A DNA stretch of 64,000 nt from an uncultured virus (IMG/VR IMGVR_UViG_3300022555_000049) (IMGVR_UViG_3300022555_000049); one strand, 5' to 3'; numbered from the stretch's first letter, positions 1-11,000 are shown. Notes: a model not told the origin generated them from the letters alone. Numbers and translations: made by a program.

Positions 1-14
1 GAATAATAATCAAA

Positions 15-173
15 ATGGATAAAGAATACTTTGAAGAACTACTTACTGACATTCGTTGTGCTACCTTTCATATGAACGATGAGGAAGCGAAGCCAATCAT
101 TGATGAATATCTAAAAGAAGAACCTGAATTATTAGATTATCACACAAAAGAATGGTATTACAAATATTGTTGA
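15..173 (+). CDS. small hypothetical protein (52 aa)
   Basis: ATG at 15, open to TGA at 171-173; below the ORF-track cutoff. Confidence 0.45.
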   Translation: MDKEYFEELLTDIRCATFHMNDEEAKPIIDEYLKEEPELLDYHTKEWYYKYC

Positions 174-201
174 AAATAAATAAAAATATTTTTAAAAATA
201 C

Positions 202-232
202 TTGCATAATAAAAAAACTTGACATATCTTTG
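202..232 (+). promoter_or_regulatory. Bacteroidota sigma-A type promoter (-33 TTG, -7 TATCTTTG)
   Basis: TTG 202-204, 20-nt spacer, TATCTTTG 225-232, upstream of the ORF at 281. Confidence 0.7.
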
Positions 233-280
233 TCAAATCAAATTGAAATTAATAACTGTATAATTTAAAACTGTAGTCTT

Positions 281-1210
281 ATGAAAAAAAATTCTCTTAC
301 TCCGAACCAAGGTCTTAGCTTGTCACAAGCACAATCAATCTCTAATCTCTGCAATCAAAGAGCAGGTGAAATCACCAATGCATTGAGCATGGTTAATAAT
401 TACACCAAAACCGTTAAGGTTGATGGTATTGATTATATTACCGTTCAAGGTGTTGAATTGCCGAAGAACGTAGTTTCCTTAATCAAGGAAAAGGCAAAAC
501 TTCATGCGTGTCAGGCTTTCTTGATGGAAAACATCAAGGCAAAGGATGATATGCTTAAAGCCACCAAAACAGCAAATGCTGTTATTGATGCAGTTATGCC
601 TGTTGAGCCAAGACAGATAAAAGCAGAGGTTCTGCCACAAGTTGAAGAAGCGTTTGGTTGGGAACAACTTAGTGTGTCTGAGATGTGTGAAAATTTGGAG
701 GCGGAAGCATTTGCTGCGCATGTCGGTCAGTTTATCCATAAGAGGTCAGTCCTTGACACGTTGAGGAGCGAACTTCCATCCATCCCATCCATTGAGTGGA
801 TGATTATTAAAGATGGAGTGAAAACGCCTGTTAAAATTGCAGTCCATCACAACTCCGAAGACTTGTTGAAGATTCACGAAGAATTTGCAGGACTTCACCG
901 TGATTATGAGCAACGTGTTAATTATTTCAAGGCGAAGGTGAAGAACATCACAACTAAGGAGAATGCACGTATCGCTAATGTGAATGCTGATGCTTCAGCC
1001 GAAGTAGATAAGCAGAACCAAGGCTTGCGCAGTGAGTACCTAAATGCATTGAAAGAGTATGGGGAAATGGTTCAACAAGCTCGTAATGAGTTTGAGAAAG
1101 AACGTCAGGCAAAGATCAAGGAAATTGCTTCAATGCGTATCAATATTGATCCACGCTTTCAATCAACGGTTGATGAGTTTTTAACTAAACTATCTACTGA
1201 ACAGGAATAA
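281..1210 (+). CDS. hypothetical coiled-coil-rich protein (309 aa)
   Basis: long ORF with charged helical C-terminus, preceded by a host-type promoter. Confidence 0.85.
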   Translation: MKKNSLTPNQGLSLSQAQSISNLCNQRAGEITNALSMVNNYTKTVKVDGIDYITVQGVELPKNVVSLIKEKAKLHACQAFLMENIKAKDDMLKATKTANAVIDAVMPVEPRQIKAEVLPQVEEAFGWEQLSVSEMCENLEAEAFAAHVGQFIHKRSVLDTLRSELPSIPSIEWMIIKDGVKTPVKIAVHHNSEDLLKIHEEFAGLHRDYEQRVNYFKAKVKNITTKENARIANVNADASAEVDKQNQGLRSEYLNALKEYGEMVQQARNEFEKERQAKIKEIASMRINIDPRFQSTVDEFLTKLSTEQE

Positions 1211-1256
1211 TACTAGGTAGGGATGGACGAAGCACAAGCATAGTTTATCCCTTTTA

Positions 1257-1540
1257 CGCTTGGTGATAAGGTTCAAAAATATACTAAAAATATTAGTCTA
1301 TAAAACTACGAATTTGTTTCGTTAGCTCCTTCGGGAACAGCGAAACACCACCGCTTCTCTTATGAAACCCAATGTTTTTATGGCTTTTCAAAAAAAGACC
1401 ATACAGTAGAATAAGTTACCGAAAGGATAATTAGTCTGCAAAAAATAAAACTTGGATTTTGTCTTTGCCCTTGTAGTAGGAGAAGGTCTTTGATTTTGGT
1501 TTTGACTTTGATTTAGTCTATATCACTTTATCACCAAGCG
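1257..1540 (+). ncRNA. candidate structured ncRNA closed by a long-range stem
   Basis: CGCTTGGTGATAAG (1257-1270) pairs with TTTATCACCAAGCG (1527-1540); no ORF; internal hexamer repeats GAYTTT/GnYTTT. Confidence 0.5.
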
Positions 1541-1568
1541 ACTTTTAAAATATAAACAATATTACCAT

Positions 1569-1868
1569 ATGGCAAAAACGAATTATCGTGCCTATGCAAT
1601 AGGTACAAAAGTATGGGGAATTAGTAGAATGAGTTCCCAAGGAAAAGAAACAGACCATGTTGCAATATATCAAGCCGTTGTTGAAGATGTTACTTTTACT
1701 TATGATAAGAGTACAAATAAAGTAAAAGTACTTTACATGTTAAAAACGCCAAGCGGTGATGAATGGGGTGATTCGGTGTACGAGGATTCTGTTGATGAAT
1801 CTTTTGAGGTACTTTGTGAGAAAATGAAATCAGAATGGCTTAACAATTCAAATACATTTGGAGATTAA
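1569..1868 (+). CDS. hypothetical protein
   Basis: ORF track; operon-like spacing with downstream genes. Confidence 0.75.
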   Translation: MAKTNYRAYAIGTKVWGISRMSSQGKETDHVAIYQAVVEDVTFTYDKSTNKVKVLYMLKTPSGDEWGDSVYEDSVDESFEVLCEKMKSEWLNNSNTFGD

Positions 1869-1870
1869 TT

Positions 1871-2095
1871 ATGACAAACGATAAAAAATTACTTGAATAT
1901 TACATGCAAGGCTTTAGAGATGAATTGTATGTGAAAGATTGTCTTGTTTTCGATGGTATTCTATCTGAGGATAAACAACAGAAAATAGCATATGAACTTG
2001 GAAGAACACATGCAATCATCGGTGATGATCTAAGGTCAGTTGATTATCTTACTGAAGAAGAAATTTTAAATAGAATTAAAAACAATTCACTTTAA
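1871..2095 (+). CDS. hypothetical protein, tandem paralog of 2101-2316
   Basis: shares LLxYYMQGFxDEL, YELGR and DDLxSVDYL motifs with the next ORF. Confidence 0.8.
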   Translation: MTNDKKLLEYYMQGFRDELYVKDCLVFDGILSEDKQQKIAYELGRTHAIIGDDLRSVDYLTEEEILNRIKNNSL

Positions 2096-2100
2096 TAATT

Positions 2101-2316
2101 ATGATCGACACGACACTTCTTAAATATTACATGCAAGGATTTAAAGATGAGTTATTTTCAAAAAAACAGCTTGTTTTCGATGATAGTTCATCTGAACATA
2201 GCTTGGCAAAAATGACCTATGAACTTGGAAGAAAATATGTAATCAATGCTGATGATTTACACTCGGTTGACTATCTATCTAATGATGAAATTTTAAATCG
2301 AATTGTTCATCATTAA
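2101..2316 (+). CDS. hypothetical protein, tandem paralog of 1871-2095
   Basis: same shared motifs. Confidence 0.8.
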   Translation: MIDTTLLKYYMQGFKDELFSKKQLVFDDSSSEHSLAKMTYELGRKYVINADDLHSVDYLSNDEILNRIVHH

Positions 2317-2499
2317 TAATTATGATAAACGATAATAAACCACTTAAATGTTTTAGTGATTAGCCAATTGCTGTAGGCATAAAACTACTTCAAAATAGTA
2401 ATAATATTGGATTCGAATATCAGGTATTTGTTAATCTCACCACAGTACGTCCAGTTGACAATATTTTTACTGAAAAATATAAATTAAATAACCGAAATA

Positions 2500-4107
2500 A
2501 TGGGTGAAATGGAAAATATTGGTAATTTTGTTGTAACATTTGAAATAAATGTTGATAAATCTCAAACAGATATTATTGACAAGAAATTGGAAGTGCTCAG
2601 ACGAATGTATAATAGCATTGTTGGAACATTTAACAGTCGTCATAAAGAAATGATTAAAACAAAAAGATGGAGAGTAATGACTTCCGAATTATTTCAATCA
2701 GAAAAAAGAACAGAATTACATGCACAAAGAAAAGAATTTGAAAAAGATTCTGATGATTATAATAGAATAACCGAAGAAATAAATTTACTTAAAGGCAAAT
2801 TGTCATCAGAAAGAAAAAAAGAATTAACTGACACACAAAAAGAAATTCTAAAGGAAAACGAATTTAGTGAATGGGGTATATATGGTACTAAAGGAAGTGG
2901 CGTTGGATGGAAGCAATATAATCATTATAAAAAATGTGGCATATATTCTAACAATACAATGAAATTATGTTCTAATATTTGGAGAGCATATGAAAAATTA
3001 TTGTTTGGAAAAGGAAAACGAGTATCATTTAAAAAATATGGTGAACTTAATACAATACAAGGTGCAAATAACAAATCAGCAATTGTTATTAGATTTGATG
3101 ATAATAAAAAACCATACGTAGTGTTTGATAAGTTAAATATAAAAATACATTTTAACCCCAAAAAACCATATGAATTTGATGCAATGTATAATAGAGATAT
3201 TGTATGTTCAACCATATTACGTAAACAAATAAGAGGTAAACAAAAATATTATATCCAAATTACTTTTAAAGGCAGACCCTTTTCAAAAGAAAATCAACAA
3301 ATTGGAATCGGAAATGTTGGAATTGATATTGGTACTCAAACAATTGCGGTTACTTCAGATAATTCTGTCATGCTTAAAGAACTTGCAAATAGAACACCTA
3401 AATATGAAAAAGAAATACGTGTTTTATTAAGAGCAATGGATAGAAGCAGACGCTCGACCAACCCACAAAACTATAATGATGATGGTACAATAAAACGTGG
3501 AATAAAATTGCAATGGAATGTCTCCAAAAATTATGTGAAACTTAAATTAAAACATAAGGAACTTGCAAGAAAAAAATCTGAAATTACAACATTACAACAC
3601 AATGAATTATCTAATGAAATAATTTCACAGGGCGATGTTTTTAAAGTAGAAAAAATGTCCTTTACTTCATTAACCAAACGAACCAAGAAAACTGAAGTGT
3701 CCGAAATAACTGGTAAATTTAAAAGAAAGAAACGTTTTGGAAAATCAATTGGGAATAAAGCACCCTCTAAATTATTATCAATTTTAAAAAACAAGGTAAT
3801 TGCTAAAGGTGGAAAATTTATAGAAGTTAATACACAAAAATGCAGAGCATCACAATATAATCATATTAGTGATGATTATACGAAAAAATCATTAAGTCAA
3901 CGTTGGAATAATTTCACAATTGATGAAAATAAAATTAAAATACAGAGAGATATTTATTCTTCTTTTTTAATAAAAAATGTTAATGAAGATAATGAAACAT
4001 TTAATAAAGAAAAAATCATAGAAGAATTTTCGAATTTTATCAAGTTACATAATAACGAAATTGAAATATTAAAAAATACAAAAAATATATCATCAATAGG
4101 TATATAA
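2500..4107 (+). CDS. compact type V CRISPR effector, TnpB/Cas12f-like RNA-guided RuvC nuclease (535 aa)
   Basis: RuvC-I VGIDIG (D276), RuvC-II FKVEKM (E384), RuvC-III IQRDIYS (D484); TnpB-like basic bridge helix; CRISPR array 245 nt downstream. Confidence 0.88.
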   Translation: MGEMENIGNFVVTFEINVDKSQTDIIDKKLEVLRRMYNSIVGTFNSRHKEMIKTKRWRVMTSELFQSEKRTELHAQRKEFEKDSDDYNRITEEINLLKGKLSSERKKELTDTQKEILKENEFSEWGIYGTKGSGVGWKQYNHYKKCGIYSNNTMKLCSNIWRAYEKLLFGKGKRVSFKKYGELNTIQGANNKSAIVIRFDDNKKPYVVFDKLNIKIHFNPKKPYEFDAMYNRDIVCSTILRKQIRGKQKYYIQITFKGRPFSKENQQIGIGNVGIDIGTQTIAVTSDNSVMLKELANRTPKYEKEIRVLLRAMDRSRRSTNPQNYNDDGTIKRGIKLQWNVSKNYVKLKLKHKELARKKSEITTLQHNELSNEIISQGDVFKVEKMSFTSLTKRTKKTEVSEITGKFKRKKRFGKSIGNKAPSKLLSILKNKVIAKGGKFIEVNTQKCRASQYNHISDDYTKKSLSQRWNNFTIDENKIKIQRDIYSSFLIKNVNEDNETFNKEKIIEEFSNFIKLHNNEIEILKNTKNISSIGI

Positions 4108-4110
4108 TGC

Positions 4111-4141
4111 TTGCAAATCTCAAATATTCTGTTTATATTTG
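4111..4141 (+). promoter_or_regulatory. Bacteroidota-type promoter for the leader/tracr region and CRISPR array
   Basis: TTG 4111-4113, 20-nt spacer, TATATTTG 4134-4141, immediately after the effector stop. Confidence 0.7.
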
Positions 4142-4146
4142 TAGCA

Positions 4147-4352
4147 TAAATACTGAATTTAAAGTTCATTGAAATATTAATAATGAGATTTGTTATCTCA
4201 ATATTACCGTTAATATCTCATTAGAGATATTGGTAATAAACTTTAAAGCGAAATTTCTTTGCAATATTATCTTTCGAGATAATATATTTGAGAAAAAATT
4301 AGTTTTAAAAAATACCCAACAAATTGAAAGTAAGTGAGTTATTCGTACCTAT
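4147..4352 (+). ncRNA. structured CRISPR leader / candidate tracrRNA or scaffold
   Basis: hairpins TGAGAT-ttgtt-ATCTCA, AATATCTC-atta-GAGATATT, ATATTATCT-ttcg-AGATAATAT; CCGTTAATATCT (4207-4218) can pair with the repeat 3' end. Confidence 0.5.
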
Positions 4353-4719
4353 GGTGGTTAACCATACACTTTGAAAGGTGTTAACAGGCACAGCACCTTG
4401 GAATAATCCATCAGCATGGGGTGGTTAACCATACACTTTGAAAGGTGTTAACAGGTTAGAAACGAAACCGGATAAAATCACCGCTGGTGGTTAACCATAC
4501 ACTTTGAAAGATGTTAACAGGAGATAATTAGCGACATCATCAGAAGTAATTGGTGGTTAACCATACACTTTGAAAGGTGTTAACAGGAAGAAAGTTGATT
4601 TAAATGTTTTAAATACTGGTGGTTAACCATACACTTTGAAAGGTGTTAACAGGGGCTTTCGGTGCTCACTCTGGAGTACAATCAGTGGTTAATCATAAAG
4701 TTTGAAAGGTATTGACAGG
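4353..4719 (+). CRISPR. CRISPR array: 6 x 36-bp repeat GGTGGTTAACCATACACTTTGAAAGGTGTTAACAGG, 5 spacers of 30-31 bp
   Basis: repeats start at 4353, 4420, 4486 (one G>A), 4552, 4618 and 4684 (degenerate terminal copy); unique spacers; degenerate end distal to the effector implies + orientation. Confidence 0.97.
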
Positions 4720-4949
4720 ATCAAATCTAATTGAATCACAATTACATTTCATTTGTTTTTGATTGTGACGATTAAACTTCATATGAGGTTTTTGTCCTTC
4801 GTGATTAAATCTCTCATTAGATTTTTCTCCCATTTCAGATTTTTGTCCTTCGTGATTAAATCTTATGTGATTTCTTTTGTGACGATAACTCCATTAACAA
4901 TCAATGTTGTTAAGACGATTACTGCGATAAACATAAAAATTTTTTTCAT
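4694..4949 (-). pseudogene. frameshifted signal-peptide protein with RFNHEGQK repeats
   Basis: MKKIFMFIAVIVLTTLIVNG stops early; a shifted frame continues SYRHKRNHIRFNHEGQK..RFNHEGQK into the terminal repeat. Confidence 0.35.
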
Positions 4950-5057
4950 AATAGTGTTGTTTTTATAAATAATTACTATTAGCTTTACCAAAGAAAATCG
5001 ATTATCGATGTATTGGGTATATTTGACGATAGATTAGTAGTTTTTGATGATAAAAAA

Positions 5058-5342
5058 TTATTCAACATTAATAACTTTAACCAATTTTTGTTTTAAAGAT
5101 AATGTGTCTCCATGTATGGTACTATATTTTATGTCAGTTGCCGTAAATTTAATATAAGTTATGTTGTTTGAAATATTATTGGTTAGTTTTAATTTATTGT
5201 CAAGATTTTGAATTTTTAAATTATCTAAAGTAACCGTAACAGGTGCTTCTACTATTGTAACAAATATGTTGGCATACGCTGTTGATTGCGAATACAGATC
5301 GTTTAACATGAAGAAAAACAGAACGGTTAGCAGATATTTCAT
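5058..5342 (-). CDS. hypothetical secreted protein
   Basis: N-terminal signal-peptide-like MKYLLTVLFFFML..YSQ. Confidence 0.6.
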   Translation of the reverse strand: MKYLLTVLFFFMLNDLYSQSTAYANIFVTIVEAPVTVTLDNLKIQNLDNKLKLTNNISNNITYIKFTATDIKYSTIHGDTLSLKQKLVKVINVE

Positions 5343-5481
5343 CTTAATATTTATATCTAATTGTAAATAATTGAATATAAATAAATTATCACAATTTTCT
5401 TGTAATTAAACTGCTATATTCTTGTAGTCAAAATGATGATTTATTAATTAAAAAACAACTACAATTTAAATTTATTAATTT

Positions 5482-5510
5482 TGTAACAAACGGTAATTAA
5501 TATACGTATA
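5482..5510 (+). promoter_or_regulatory. ECF-type promoter motif
   Basis: TGTAAC-N17-CGTATA upstream of 5531; one of about 40 copies. Confidence 0.75.
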
Positions 5511-5530
5511 ACGAGTAAAATTAAAAAATT

Positions 5531-7148
5531 ATGAACGAAATTATTCTTGAGTTAATTAAAAGGGGTATTAGTGTCACAACTGAATTTGATAAAACCATTG
5601 ATAAGGTTGTTTATACTGTTAATGGATTTTATAAATCTGGAACAGTTAAGTTAATAGAAGAACCTGATGGGTTATATGTTCATCAAAGATATGATCAAGT
5701 AGATAAGGTCGAATCTTGTCGTGAAATTGTGTCTCTTAATTTCTATTGGTGGAATCACAGTAAAGATAGGTTTGATGGATGGAAAGACCCTGATCCAAGA
5801 TGGTTACCGCTTTTAATTGATGAAGGGTTTGTGGAGGCGGTGACAGAAACAATAACAACAATTAAAATTAAATAATTATGTTTGATTGGTTGGAACTAGA
5901 TGAATGTTTGTATAATGAGGATGAAGCGGATAATTGGTATAACGGTAGTTATGTTTCAGAGAGAAAGGCAAGAAAACTTGCCAATGATCCTACTAAGCAT
6001 TATCCAAATAAAAATGAGGCAAAATTGCTTAGACAACTTAAAGTGAAAACTGGTTTAAGTGAGATTGAAATTCGTGAGAATAAAGAATATCGAAAGATGC
6101 TCTCAGTTGCCCAAAAGGAGGGTGAGAAAGCAATAAGAAGTGATATTGATAAGAGACATCAACACTTAATTAAAATCGCTTGTAAAGAGACTAAATTGGC
6201 TAAGGAACATCCTGAGACAATAAAGGTATTACAAAGATTACTTGACAATAGAACTGGATGCACTTGGTATAATCCAGTTATGTCTAAAGCAGAAAATGTT
6301 ATTAAAAAATATAGTAAATGAAAAGAGAAATAACTATTGCAGTAATTTGTAACACTACCGAAGATTTTGAGATGTGGTCTATGATACAAAAGCATAAGCC
6401 TTCTGCTAGGCGTAGCCGAAAAGATTATACATATAAAAATAATAGATATGTTTGCATTATAAGTCCCGAAAATTGTCATGGATTTATTTTCAATGAAATG
6501 ATTGAAACCGATAGTGCTTATCTAAATAAAAGGCATGATATTATTGTGAATTCGATTAAACCGTGTCTCGTAACTAATTTAATTAAATAATTATGAAAAC
6601 AGGATTTGATTGTAAAGTAGTTCATTCCGAAAGTAAATCTGCTTGGAATGTGATTAATATCAATTTGGGTGGGAAATACAAAATTGCTAGAGTACCATAT
6701 ATTACATCTGATTATGATGATATTACAACTAATAATAGATTGGAAGCATTGATACATGCCAAATTTATATGTGATCGTTTCAATGATTATGGTGAAGAAA
6801 CTGGAACTGACGAAGAATTAATTAAAAAATGACATAAATAAAATTTAAATAATCATGAAAATTTTAATTAAACCCAAAGAAGTTATTGGTGATGATTCTT
6901 GGTGTAGAAAACTAGAAGGTGTTATTTTGGTTGAAAAAGAGGAAGATATTGAACCATTGTGGAAACTGTTGTGTGAACAGGATGATTATTGGGAATCATA
7001 TAGAAATATCATCAAAGTAGCACCAAAAGAAATTGATAGTATTAGTGAAATTGTTAGTATGTGCCAATACGCAGGTAAAACGGATATTTATGAACCAGAA
7101 AAACTAAAAGCAATTGTCCCTTTTATTATGTTTCAATATATGTTTTGA
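5531..7148 (+). CDS. cluster of five small hypothetical genes (5531-5875, 5878-6321, 6318-6590, 6593-6832, 6855-7148)
   Basis: tightly packed co-oriented ORFs with 2-22 nt gaps or ATGA overlap. Confidence 0.75.
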
Positions 7149-7168
7149 GTATTTATAATAAAACTATT

Positions 7169-8032
7169 ATGAAAATTAAAGACGTTATAAAAGAAGAGGT
7201 TAATGATTTCATTTTGAATGAAGTTGAGAATGAACTTGGTAAAATGATTAATGAAACCACTTATAAGGTTTATCACGGAACAAATGAAAAGTTCAATACG
7301 TTTGACCCAAACAAAACTGCTGATGGTACGATTTGGTTTACTGATAATGTTGATAGTATTAAAAATGGTGAACATGGTGGAGATGGAAACAAATTCATAA
7401 TGACAAGGCATATCACACTCAATAATCCTGCTGGATGGGATGAATATGAAAAATATTCTATTGGAGAACTGGAAGACATGGGTTATGATGGAGTAATATT
7501 ATCACAAGATGATTATAATAATTTTATTGTTTTCTCTACCAAAAGCATAAGTTCCCGACCAAATGGACTTGGTGAATCAATTGACACTGAAGTTGAGTAT
7601 AATGGCAATCAGGATGATTCAAGTCCTGTTCTCCCAAATTTTGGTGATAGATTGAATCTTAAAGAAGATAAGAAGATTGGTATTAATATAAATGATGATA
7701 CTCAGCCATTCAGTCAACAAATTCTTAATGGCGAAAAAACTATTGAGACTAGAAACACACCAACTTTAAGACCATATGTTGGTAAAAGAGTTGGGATTGT
7801 TAGTACTGGCAAGAATAAGAAAGCAATGCTTGTTGGATTCGTTAATATTGATGATGAATTTGAATATAATAATGAAGAAGCATTTGATAATGATGTTGAT
7901 AATCATTTGGTTACATCTGATTCACCGTTTTATATTAAAGACATTAAATATGGTTATCATCTAAGCAATCCCGAAAAAATTAGTCCTGTTCCTATTGAGA
8001 GCAGAGGAATAGTATCAAGAAAAATTAATTAA
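7169..8032 (+). CDS. ADP-ribosyltransferase-like (ART-PolyVal-like) plus ASCH domain fusion protein
   Basis: VYHGT..F..IWFTDN and GYDGVI in the N-half; QPFSQQILNGEKTIETR ASCH motif in the C-half; start at MKIKDVIKEE preferred over GTG-like 7145. Confidence 0.65.
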   Translation: MKIKDVIKEEVNDFILNEVENELGKMINETTYKVYHGTNEKFNTFDPNKTADGTIWFTDNVDSIKNGEHGGDGNKFIMTRHITLNNPAGWDEYEKYSIGELEDMGYDGVILSQDDYNNFIVFSTKSISSRPNGLGESIDTEVEYNGNQDDSSPVLPNFGDRLNLKEDKKIGININDDTQPFSQQILNGEKTIETRNTPTLRPYVGKRVGIVSTGKNKKAMLVGFVNIDDEFEYNNEEAFDNDVDNHLVTSDSPFYIKDIKYGYHLSNPEKISPVPIESRGIVSRKIN

Positions 8033-8041
8033 AAAATAAAT

Positions 8042-11000
8042 ATGGACAACTTAATTGACAAAATGCCGAATTATTCAGTACTGTATGATGGAAAGTCTTC
8101 ATATAAGGAAGCAAAATTTCAAAATGAAATTATTCTACCTGAAGAACAAATTAAAAGAATTGGTGAATTTAAATTAAAATTAATTGGATTAAAAAATGAG
8201 TTAACTCAACATTATAATGATTTTCCAAATAGAAATTTGGGTGATGCGTTGACTGATATTGATGGAAGCGTTAAAGCATTGAATGCTTTCATGATTAATT
8301 TAAATTAAAAACTTCATAATATATAATTTTAAAGCATTAAGTGAAATTAATACTTTTTTTGTAACATTTTTATTATATTTGCGATAAGTAATTAAAAATA
8401 AAATAATATGAAACGTTCAGAAGTATCAACACAAGAAAAATTGAAATATCTTTCAATGGCAATTGAAGAAATTTATAGAATGAAACAATTTCATTCGACA
8501 CGTAAACCCAAAACGGATATTATTGGATATGCATGTCAATTTACTTCCTATCCTAAATTAAAAAGAGAAGACTTTGAATTGATGTTGAATATGACTATTG
8601 GTGATATTATTAAAAATTTGTGAATATTAATAAAAATCTTTTGTTTATTTGAAAAACATTATTATATTTACGTAATATAATAACAACATAAAAATGAAAC
8701 TATCTGAGGGCATTCTTAAATCTGTTGAATCTGCATTCATGCAGAGTTATCATCCGCCAAAAGTTAAATATAATAAGAATTTTGTTATATAAGTTTTGTA
8801 TAACAATATTATAACTGTTGAAGAAATTACTAATAATTATTAAAATGAGAGAAGTTTTTATATCATTAGAAACGGCTAAGTTAGCAGAAAAAAAAGGATT
8901 TAAAGGATATTGTGAATATGCTTATGTTGAAACAGATTCATATGCTTATACAGATCATCATAGAGGTGACGAATGTGATATGCCATATGTACCACCAAGA
9001 CTTTATCGTACAAGTATTATGTGCCAATATGATAATCATATTGTAGATGCAATGACTCAATCAGAACTACAAAAATGGTTGAGAGAAAATCACAATATTT
9101 ATGTGAACATTGCTTCAAATTCATTAACAGTACACTTTCCAATGAATTCTATATTGGAGGATGGTGGAGGTCAAATGGCAGGACCGAAGTATTTGCAGAA
9201 TTTTAAAACATACGAAGAAGCATTGGAACATGGATTACTTGAAGCATTAAAATTAATTAAGAAATGAGTATAGTAAACGGTTTACGTGAAAATTATATGA
9301 AATACAAAATTGCTGATGCTAAATTATGTGATGATATTTCTAACGATAAATTAACATTTTACGAAGCGTTGGCAAGATGTCATGAGCTATGGGAATTAAT
9401 CCCAAAAGATATTGATGTAAATAATGTTAGAGTTAATAATCTAATGAAAGAAAAATTTGGTGAACTTGATGAATATAAGAAACATTATTCAAAAACATTT
9501 ATGATTGATATTGGCACACTTAAAGAAGAAGATATTGGTGCATATGTTAAAGAAGTTGTTGAAAAGTTTAAACGACCTATTATGAATATTGATCTTGGCA
9601 ATCCTATGGTTGATGATTATGTTGTTAGATTTCACGATAAATACGGTATAACAAATTCTTGTGAGAATTTTATCATGGCAGACGCTAAACAAGATAATCA
9701 TGTTAAACAACATGCAATTGAATTTGCTGAATGGGTATGGAGAAATGCAATTGAGCGTCAACGTAGCGGAACGTATACTTTCAGAGAAGCCAATGGCAAA
9801 GTAAATTCACATACTATTGATGTGTTATATCAAAAATATCTCCAAACCAATTTCAACAATAAAAAAATATAAACAAATATATTATGGCGATTAAATTTAA
9901 AAAAATTAGAACATACGAAAGCAAGCTAACTGAAGAAGAATTAAAAATTCTTTCTTCAACTGAAGACTATATCGATTCACAAATTCGTGAACAGAAATCA
10001 GTGGTGATTGTAATTCCATTATCAATTGCAAAATTTCATTTTTGTCCCGTTAGAAATTGTAAAATTCATCTCCCAACAGATAGAAGAATTTTAATGAGTG
10101 GTGAATTGGAAAGAAGATATTGTAAAGCGGGATGGAAAGCAACCGTTCATGTTAACGATGAATTAGATATAAGAGCTATAGATGGTGATGTTTGGGTATT
10201 AACGGGAAAATTAAATTAATATGGATTTACTAGACTATTTAAAACTTTGTGAAAAGAATCAACATGATTATTTTCATACATCAACACATCCACCTTACAG
10301 TAGTGATAACTTTGGAATTCGTAACACCAGACCATTAATTAATCTTCAAGATAAAATTAATATTACTGATGAATTAAATGCCTTATTAAATAAATATTTA
10401 CAAGAAAATCTTGAACAAGAAACATTTGAGAATGATTATGAATATTTTAAAGAGAAATTACGCAAAGCATTTGAAAAATAATTTTAATTAAAACATATAA
10501 ATATGAGATTAATTGTAACTAATTATGGTGATCCATCAGTAGGAATATTTCCTCAATCTTGGAACGTTGATGTTCCTTTCTGTAAAGATGAGATTGATAA
10601 TCTTGAATGTTTTAGAGAAACTATGTTAAACACATATCGTGATTACGCTAAAGGTAAAATAAGTGCTGTATATGATTTCGAATTTTTTAAAGAACGTGGC
10701 TATTATGAGTGGAAAGATGATAACAGAAGAACAACTTGAAACTCTAAAAGAGTTCGGGAAAGAAGAAGATGGTTCATATTGTGATAGATGGGAATTCTCC
10801 ATCAAAAAACGTTTTGATGATTGGTGCTTTTGGCATTTAAATGAAGTGAACGGTGATTTGTATTTCATAAAGAAATTAAAGTCAATGGAAGATTTGAAAA
10901 ATGTTTATAGGGCAATTACTGATAGACCATTAGAGTTTAAACGTAAGCGTGAGGAAAATTCTAAATTCTTAAAGAATATCATCAACAAAACAAAAAGCTG

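Noticed and set aside
2500..4107. Plain IS605/IS607 transposon TnpB
   Set aside because: No tnpA or recognisable IS ends adjacent, and a genuine repeat-spacer array follows with its own promoter
4389..4683. Self-targeting spacers
   Set aside because: I found no protospacer match in this window by eye; a proper alignment was not possible
4753..4968. Plus-strand 71-aa ORF after the array
   Set aside because: TTG start, low complexity, better explained as the antisense of a broken minus-strand gene
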